From Octopus vulgaris (lineage: Eukaryota), in contig OX597827.1 in assembly GCA_951406725.2 (NCBI GenBank), positions 13,268,001 through 13,332,000 of the forward strand: 64,000 nt of DNA. Direction: 5' to 3'. The notes under the pieces are model-generated. The model made no database searches. It was not told the origin of the DNA and worked only from the letters and a program-made list of their open reading frames with translations. The position numbers and the translations under genes were made by a program. Below, piece by piece: positions 53,977 through 64,000 of the stretch (its first letter is position 1; each line of letters starts with the position of its first letter).

Positions 53977-54363
53977 AACCATCTAACAAACAATAACTCT
54001 GAGCACCTTTTCAAACTCCACCTGTCTAACGCCCGTGGACATGTTTACAAAGTCAGAAAACAGCACAGCTCCCATGACTTTCGGAAACACTTTTTCACGC
54101 TAAGAGTTGCTGAAGCATGGAACAAACTGCCGGCATCAGTTGTTAGTTGTCGGAACACTGCATCCTTCAAAACTTCCATGCTTCCTGAGATTCGCCAACA
54201 CTACACCTGATTTTCTCCCCTCCATACACACACAAGCATGTATCTGACTCATACACTGTTCGCTTTCCAGACATTTGTACATTACTGCATATGCTTTATA
54301 CGCACTTTTTGACAAGTTGTGGTGCACCTGAGCACTGTATACAATAATGTCATTATTATTATT
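53977..54363 (+). mobile_element. 5'-truncated CR1-type LINE (RT C-terminus, 3' UTR, (ATT)n tail)
   Basis: Open frame 53977-54210: ARGHVYKVRKQ..FRKHFFTLRVAEAWNKLPASVV..SFK, the typical CR1 RT end; tail cattattattatt. Confidence 0.88.
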
Positions 54364-55269
54364 GTCATTTAACAAAGCTTGAGAGATGGATGTTAAAAAT
54401 TTAATGTTTGAACTAGTAAATACCAAAGAATACCCACAAAACTAGAAGCTCTATTGCGTACAAAATATCAGCAAGCGAATAATCATAACAAACTTAGAAC
54501 AGATATAATGGTCAAATAAATCTGTGAGTGCTGAAAACAATTTGACAACAATGCTTATATTTTTTTTCTTTTATTCTTCCACTTATCTCAGCCATTGAAC
54601 TGCAACTATCCTGAGGTGATGACATTACGACTTCAGCCACTGATGCCAATAACAGTATTTATTTCAGTCTAGTATGTATTTTATCCTAATGTTTGAAACT
54701 GATAATTTACTTTTTTATGTAAAGAGATATGATTTTAAACACAGGTTTATGCTATTATATACAAAGGCACACACTTGCACACACACTCATGCAGAGCTAC
54801 ATACACACACACACACATATGGCCATACATCTATTACTCTCTCTTTTTCAGTCAAGCCACTCACACAGTTCTTCTATTCAATCTCCTTATCAACAACAAT
54901 CATGTAACTGCACACCATTGACTCTTTTCCATTAGCACCATATCTATCACACTCTCATTACTCTTACCCCTTCATTATAATCTCTCTGGCACGACCCCTC
55001 TTACCCTTGTTCTCTTTTTTTCTGTCACCCTCTTTCTATCCATCCCCAATGTTACTTTGCATTGAATACACAGAGAAAAGGAAGACTAGAGACAAAACTC
55101 ATTAGATTTACTAGGAATCTAGTTCTAGTGCCTCTCCAGTTCTTGTGCCATGATAAAATGCGTACACTGAATTGTGCAAAGTTATTGACAAATAATTAGA
55201 GACAACTAAATGCTGCTGCATGTGTGTGTGTGTGCTTGTGCATGTGTGTATGTGTGTGAGAGAGAGAGA

Positions 55270-55300
<31 letters not shown>

Positions 55301-55522
55301 GACAGTTTTATGATTCATTTTGTTTCTTGTATCAGAATTGAGTACTTTGTTTAAATCATGAAAGCTCTTGTTTCTATAAACCAGCATTTCCTATAAATAT
55401 ATACATACACATAGATGCACATGTATGCATGTTATGATATGTGTGTATGTATGTGTATATATATCTGTGTGTGTATGTGTATGTAATAGATTTATGTGTG
55501 TTTAATATATATATATATATAT

Positions 55523-55557
<35 letters not shown>

Positions 55558-56476
55558 TTACCGTCCATTTTCCATGCTAGCATGGGTTGGACGGTTCGAC
55601 CGGGGATCTGGGAAGCCAGAAGGCTGCACCAGGCTCCAGTCAGATCTGGCAGTGTTTCTACAGCTGGATGTCCTTCCTAAACGCCAACCACTCCGTGAGT
55701 GTAGTGGGTGCTTTTTACGTGCCACTGGCACAGGTGCCACACAAGGCTGGCAAATGGCCACGATCAGATGGTGCTTTCTATGTGCCACCGGCACGGAGAC
55801 CAGACGAAGCTGGCAACATATATATATATATATATATATTAGTAGAGTTAGAGGTTGGAATAACCGTCTAAGGGATGAAAGTATCCATTATACTACTGGT
55901 ACAATTATCTATGTTAACCTTGGATATACATATGCAAGCATATTACGCTCATAGATTACAGGTAATGACAAGGTTAAGTAGGAGTTTATCAGGAATCAAA
56001 TCTGTATTGACTTAAATTACATATACATATGTTTCAAGACTGGGGCAAAATCAACATATTTATATGTATGTATATTTCAGTTTCTATCTGCCAAATTCAC
56101 AGGGCTATAGTAGAAGACACTTGTCCAAGATGCCATGCAGTAGGACTGAACTCAAGCCCACATGGCTGTGAAACAAGTTTCTTAACTACAAAGCCATGCC
56201 ATATATATATAAATTAATAAATAAATAAAACATATGCATATATATACATATATATATGTATGTACCTACCTTTACATGTATATAAACAAATGTATTAGTA
56301 TGGCACTCAGGAATAGAAATGGAACAAGTCTTTTACATTTCGAGCCTACGCTCTTCGGCAGAAAGATACACAGAAAAGAAACAAGGAGAGAAACAAGGAG
56401 AGAAAAAAATACATGTAGGAGCTAACGGGCTATCATGGCGTTCTATATATATATATATATATATACACACACATAC

Positions 56477-56534
<58 letters not shown>

Positions 56535-56781
56535 ATATATATATATATACATATGTATGTGTATCATCTGAACGTAGCCGATGCCAGTGCTGCTTTGGCT
56601 GGCTTCCGTGCCGATGGCACATAAAAAGCAGCCACTACACTCACGAAGTGGTTGGTGTTAGGAAGGGCATCCAGCTATAGAAACACTGCCAGATCAGCCT
56701 GGAGCCTGGTGCAGCCTCCTGGCTTCCCAGACCCCGGTCGAACCATCCAACCCATGCTAGCATGGAAAGTGGACGTTAAAC

Positions 56782-56832
<51 letters not shown>

Positions 56833-57181
56833 ATATATACATATATAGTGAAAGTGCATGGCTGAGTGGTTAGGGTATTTGGCTCACAATTGTAAGGTTG
56901 TGAGTTCAATACCTGGTGGCATGTTGCATCCTTGAGCAAGACATTTCATTTCCCATTGGCTCAGTCCACTCAGGTGGTAAAAATTAGTAGTGTCTATATT
57001 TCAAAAGGGACAGCCCTGTCACATTCTGTGTCACACTGAATCTCCCGGAGAACTACGTTAAGGTTATGCCTATTAGTGGAGCGCTCAGCCACTTGTATAT
57101 TAAATTCATGAGCAGGCTGTTCCATTGATCGGATCAACTGGAACCCTTATCATTGTAACCAATAGAGTGCCAGTTATATAC

Positions 57182-57212
<31 letters not shown>

Positions 57213-57225
57213 CATACATATATAT

Positions 57226-57336
<111 letters not shown>

Positions 57337-57978
57337 CATATATGCATACATATATGCATACATTCATACATATACATATATATATGTGTGCATGTGTGTG
57401 TGTGTATATATATATGTATGAATGTATGTATAATTGTAAGTGTAAGTCTACATATAAGCACATATACAAATTTATACACACAATCACATATATGTTTGTA
57501 TATGTATACACACACACAAATACCCCGCCCCCGCCCAGCATCTCTGTAATATCATGCATTGTGTGTATATAATGAAGCAGTGTTGTCCCCCAATAATCTA
57601 TGTATCTGTTTACCAAAATATCATTGTGATGATTGATAATATTGTTTCAACATCGAAACCCGATGTCAGTTGAAAAAAAAAAAAAAATTCCCCAAAAAAA
57701 CCTGGCAGGCTACAGCACTGCACACATACCAATTTTTTTTTGTTGACATTTTTGTTGTTGTTGTTGTTGTTGTTGTTGTTATTGTTTTGTTTTTACTTTT
57801 TCATCTCTTTCTTCAGAACTACAACAACAGAAACAGTACATTGGGCTTCCCAATTTTCATATGTAAACATTTCCAATGTCTTTAGGTTGTCGAGAGGTGG
57901 GGGAGAGGGGGGGGGGGGCAGGAAAATTTTATGTTATTTATTTGCTTTTTTTTGTTTGTTTTTGTTTTTGTTTTTTTC

Positions 57979-58010
<32 letters not shown>

Positions 58011-58605
58011 TTACTTATACTAAGTTTTTTTTTTGTTTTTTCCCCCCCTTGCTATAATTATCTTTTGTATTTCATATGTTTTTTAAACTGCTTCTTTTTC
58101 ATCGTGAGAGAGAGGAACTGTGTTTTTTTTTCTCTATTCACAGATTGTAGTTGTTGTTTTTGTTGTTGCTGCTGTCGTTGTTGTTGTTGTGGTGGTGGTG
58201 GTGGTGGTAGTGGTGGTGGTGATTCTTGTATGCTGCCGTTATTTCCAAAATAACATATACAGGTACATAGATATATTCACACACAGAACAACAACCTTAC
58301 ATGGATATGAATAAGCATATACATATATATGTGAGTATATATGTGAGTGTGTGTATGTGTTCGTGTGCATGTGTGAATATGCATGTGTGTGTATATATGC
58401 ATACATCAATGCATCTATATTGATGTCATTAAAATACATACATACGTACACTTACATATTCAAACACATATTAGACTCACATGCATATGAACCTAAGCAT
58501 AGATATGCATGCACTCCTTCAGGATATATACATATATATACATACATAACAATATACATATATGTATATATATATAGATAGATAGATTTTCATTCATATA
58601 TATAC

Positions 58606-58680
<75 letters not shown>

Positions 58681-58747
58681 TATATATACATATGTATATA
58701 CATATATGTATATATATAGATAGACAGATATACATTCATATATATAC

Positions 58748-58804
<57 letters not shown>

Positions 58805-58979
58805 TGTATATACATATATATTCATATATATATATACATATATATATACACACACACATATGTATATACATATATATTCATATATATATATACATATATA
58901 TATATACACACACACATGTATATATATATGCATACGTATGTATATACATATATATTGATATATATGTGCACAGACATGT

Positions 58980-59023
<44 letters not shown>

Positions 59024-59436
59024 AAACATATACACATGGCACAATCATACTCACACTTACACACACACACATACACATACACACACACACATACAAACAC
59101 ACGCATACACAGAAAGAAACTTGCGCTCACACTTATGCATGCAATTAAACGTTATGGATGCATACAAGCAAGGGTCATCTACACACATATACAAAGCATA
59201 CAACCTACCTACATACAAATGCATGCATAAAAAAATACGCACATGCGCATGAATAAAGAAGATTCCTACTTTTTATTCAGTAAATATATTTTATATATTT
59301 CTGTATCAATAATTACAGACTATTTTTCACTCCGCCTCTCTTAAAACACCTGTAGGGCAGGGGCTTAGGTTTATTTGGGTGTGAGCTACAAAATATAGGA
59401 AGAAAACAGATAAATAAATATAAGTAGATAGATAGG

Positions 59437-59516
<80 letters not shown>

Positions 59517-59648
59517 CAGATAGATAGAGAGATAGATAGGCAGAAAGATGGATAGAAAGGGAGAGAAGTGGAGAGGGAGAAGTAGAGAAGTCTACAGAAA
59601 GAAAAATAACTAAGACTTGAAAATTGTGATGACAGGCAGATAGGTAGG

Positions 59649-59704
<56 letters not shown>

Positions 59705-59843
59705 TAGAGAGAAGAAGAGAGGGAGATCGGGAGAGAGAGAGAGAGTGAGAGAGAGAGAGAGAATGCCATGAATAAAGCAAAAGTAACCAGGACTTGAAAA
59801 TAGAGATAATGGGCATATAAATAGCTATATATACATATACACA

Positions 59844-59943
<100 letters not shown>

Positions 59944-60292
59944 AAGAAAGAGGGAGAGGGAGAGAGATGGGGAGAGGGGGAGAGGTATAAAGAAAGAAAA
60001 ATTAACCCAAGGCTTGAAAACAGAGATGAGAACCAGTTAGAGTGGTAGTAAAAAAAGCAGGGGAGAAAGGCGGATAGATAAAGTAAAAGTGATATAGAGA
60101 GAAAGAATATGTGACCAAGAAGAAAAATGAAAGTAGAAAGAAAAGATACATTGGTAAAGAGGGGAGGAGAGAGATAGAGAGAGAGAGAGCAAGTGAGAGA
60201 TAGAGAGAGTGGGAGAGTGACATACCTAAATTAAGGAAATGGTCACAAAGTTGAGAATGGTGGTTGGGGGCTATATGCATATAATAAATAGG

Positions 60293-60762
60293 TACAGACC
60301 TGGCTGTATAGTAAGGAGTCTGCTTCGCAACCGTATGGTTTCAGGTTCAGTTACACTGTACGTCACCTTGGGCAAGTGTTTTCTGCTACAAGCCCTGGGT
60401 TAACCAAAACCTTGTGAGTGGATTTGGTAGACGGAAACTGAAAGAAGCACATTGTGTGTGTGTGTGTGTGTGTATTTGTGTGTGTATGTGTGTATGTTTG
60501 TGTGTGTGTGTGTGTGTGTGTTCCTACCACTTGATAACCTGCGTTGGTGTGTTTACATTCTCATAGCTTAGCAGTTTGGCAAAAGAGACTGAAATAATAA
60601 ATACCGAGCTAAAATACATTAAGTATCAGGGGTCAATTCGTGCAGTTAAAACTCGTGTTCCAGCATGGTCACAGTCCAATGACTAAAGCAAGGAACAGAT
60701 TAAAGAGAAAGCTAAATAAATATGTTTCTATCTATCTAACTATCTATCTCTCTCTCTCTCTG

Positions 60763-60800
<38 letters not shown>

Positions 60801-61134
60801 TTGGCCTGCTCGCTTAGCCAGCGGGGTGGCGTCATTTGATGGCTAAAACAATGCGAAGTGCATTGTGACTAGCGATGTGTAGCGACATCTGATAGCCTGG
60901 TCGGTGACGGTGATGGTGATATATATATATATATATATACATAGGCGCAGGAGTGGCTGTGTGGTAAGTAGCTTGCTAACCAACCACATGGTTCCGGGTT
61001 CAGTCCCACTGCATGGCATCTTGGGCAAGTGTCTTCTGCTATAGCTCCGGGCCGACCAATGCCTTGTGAGTGGATTTGGTAGACGGAAACTGAAAGAAGC
61101 CCATTGTGTGTGTGTGTGTGTTTGTGTGTGTGTG

Positions 61135-61167
<33 letters not shown>

Positions 61168-61261
61168 TTGTGTGTGTGTGTTTGCTCGAGTAAAGGCAGT
61201 GCTCCAGCATGGCTGCAGTCAACTGACTGAAACAAGTAAAAGAGTAAAAGAGTAAAAGAGT
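60293..61261 (+). mobile_element. Two SINE family B copies (about 60293-60705 old; 60943-61261 young, internally deleted)
   Basis: Heads and (aaagagt)n tail on the + strand. Confidence 0.8.
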
Positions 61262-61271
61262 ATATATATAT

Positions 61272-61331
<60 letters not shown>

Positions 61332-61652
61332 TAATAATGGGGAAGGCCAGTTTAAGGGATTACCTTTTTCAGATTTATGCGTTTAACAAACGAACGATAC
61401 ACACACACACACACACACACATACACACACACAAGCACACATATGCACGAACACATATATAAATGCATACATGTATATATATGAATATATATGCACACAT
61501 ATATGGGGAGAGAGAAAGAAAAGAAAAGAAAAGTTGAACCCACTGATGGAGGTTCAGGCTATGAGAAGACACAGAGAATGGGGAGGAAGGGGTTGGAGGT
61601 AGGGAAGGAGGGAGAGAGGGCCAAGAGAGGAGGAGAGCGGGCAAAAGAAAAG

Positions 61653-61696
<44 letters not shown>

Positions 61697-62090
61697 CCAA
61701 TGGCACTGGAGAAAGAGAAATCAAAGAGATCTGTTTTAGAGGTGGGGGTTGTATGATTTTGATTTTGATTTTGATTTTTCTAGTTTCAGCTAATGAGCTG
61801 TGGCCATGCTGGGGCACCACCATTTATGTATGTACATTTAGATAGATAGATTGGTTGAGAGAGGGGAAGATGTGAGGAGGGGAGAGGGAGAGAGAAGGGG
61901 AGAGAGAAAGAGTGACAGAGTCTGAGAGATAGACAGTCAGACATGCAGAGGGACAGTGACAGAGAGAGAGAGAGATAGAGGGAACAGAGAGAGAGAGAGA
62001 GAGAGAGACAAAGGAATGAACTAAAATCTAATGGTAAAGATAGGGGTCAATATGCCTCTAAAGACAGTGGGGAGGGGAAAGAAAGAGTGG

Positions 62091-62127
<37 letters not shown>

Positions 62128-62181
62128 GTGTCAGAGTGAGAGACAAAAGAAAGCATTAGTCCCAATGGTGATGGTGCTGGC

Positions 62182-62506
62182 AGAGGAGGAGGAGGAGGAG
62201 GAAGAAGTGAAAGGGGGAAGAATAGGAGAGAGGAGGAAGAAGAGGAAGAGGAGGAAGAGGAAGAGGAAGAGGAGGAAGAGGAGGAGGAAGAGGAAGAAGA
62301 GGAGGAGGAAGAGGAGGAGGAAGAGGAAGTGGAAGAGGAGCCGGAGGAGGAGGTGGAAGAGGAAGGGGAAGAAGAGGGGGAGGAGGGAGGAAGAAGAGGA
62401 AGAAGAGGGGGAAGAAGAGGAAGAAGAGGAAGAAGAGGAAGAAGAGGAAGAAGAGGAAGAAGAGGAAGAAGAGGAAGAAGAGGAAGAAGAAGAAGAAGAG
62501 GAGGAG
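62182..62506. repeat. About 325-bp (GAG/GAA)n polypurine tract
   Basis: Direct reading; very few pyrimidines. Confidence 0.95.
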
Positions 62507-62784
62507 CTATGTTTTGATGAGCAGTAGATACAAAATGAGGATTTACACAGAAAAATAACCAACAATGTTTATTAGATGAGAGAATATCCTTATAACAAAG
62601 CATAATATATCAGAAATGCAGAAAATATTATGAAGATTTATAATTGCTTTGATATGCGTACATGTGTGCTGTGCTGTGCCGTGCTTGTGTGTGTGTGTTT
62701 GCATTTGTGTATGCGGGGAGGAATGTGTGGTTGGGTGTTTGTGACAATATATGCGCAAATATTACTATGTACATATGTGTATGC

Positions 62785-62823
<39 letters not shown>

Positions 62824-63305
62824 ATGCTTTTATGAATTAAATTGCTACGTGTACTGTATGACTACTATGTAAGTGTCTGTGTGTATATGAGTATATGAAT
62901 GTGTGTGTATGTGTGTGTGTGTTTGTGTGTGTTTGTGTGTGTGTGTGTGGTGTCTTTGTGCATTAAATTGGCATGTGAACTGCATGACAACTACTTAGAT
63001 GCATGTATAGATGCATAAGATGAGTGCACAATGATGCGTTCAGGTAACTTGAGAAAATTGGATATAAGCAGTAAAGAGATATGCACACAAATACACGCAC
63101 ATCCATGCTTGTGCATATACATATATAGTTATAATATGGTGTATATATATATATATATACATATATATTTAGTTATAATGTGCTGTATATTTATATATAT
63201 ATTTATATATTTAGTTATAATATGCTGTATATTTTTATATATACATATATATTTAGTTATAATATGCTGAATATATATATATATATATTTAGTCATAAAA
63301 TGCTG

Positions 63306-63394
<89 letters not shown>

Positions 63395-63913
63395 ATTGAT
63401 AGATAGAGAGATTGATTGATATATACTTAGATAGATACAGATATATATATATATAGACACACATGTATATATGTGTGTGTGTGTGTGTGTCTGTGTGTGT
63501 GTATGTATATGTATGTATGTAATGTATGTACATACATAAATATGCGTGTTTGTGCACACAGGAAGTAAATGGATCTGTACAGGTTTTAACACTGCATATT
63601 CCAGTTGTTCAGTGAACTAAACTGCTTAATCATGGAATTATATAGTAAGCTGTTGAGTTTTCCGCAGACACTTTAACTCTTAAATGTATTCTGCTGATGG
63701 AATCAGTGTATCGGTCGGAACAAGTTTGGCCTTTTGAATTACTGGTAGAATCTACCTTATGGGATTCCATAAAGCTTCAGTCTCCCCTATTTCATTCAGA
63801 ACTGTCCTCCCTTTGAGATTAGGTGACTTAATGCATATGATAAGGGAAAATGTTTGAAAATCGATTTCGTGTCTGAAAATACATATGATAGTTCACAGAT
63901 ATTATATTCCACA

Positions 63914-64000
63914 AAGTGCCAATCCCTAGCAGTTGAGGGAACCCGTGGAAGAGGTAGACCCAGGAAAACCTGGGACGAGGTGGTGAAGCACGACCTTCGA
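63914..64000 (+). mobile_element. RTE LINE 3' fragment running off the window end
   Basis: KCQSLAVEGTRGRGRPRKTWDEVVKHDLR. Confidence 0.85.

Overview
Eukaryotic, very AT-rich and repeat-saturated genomic DNA, most likely from an octopus or other coleoid cephalopod (inferred from the repeat content, not verified). There is no prokaryotic-type system, CRISPR array or rRNA. Most of the window is (AT)n/(AC)n/(AGAT)n/(CAT)n microsatellite plus at least five SINE-like families (arbitrary labels A-E). It also holds non-autonomous Helitrons, piggyBac-type and other MITEs, a truncated Ty3/Gypsy element (14.0-16.4 kb) and fragments of RTE, CR1, R4/Dong-type LINEs and mariner. Almost all ORFs in the supplied track are microsatellite or SINE artefacts. 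By hand I assembled a phase-consistent 8-exon minus-strand gene model (48342 down to 13222, about 206 aa, no family recognised, internal SLQGQL repeat); it is tentative. The most unusual signals are several minimal type I hammerhead-ribozyme-like motifs (best at 30033-30075), a set of long near-perfect palindromes, and two locally templated patchwork rearrangements next to the candidate exons. All coordinates were counted by eye and may be off by a few bases; repeat boundaries are approximate.
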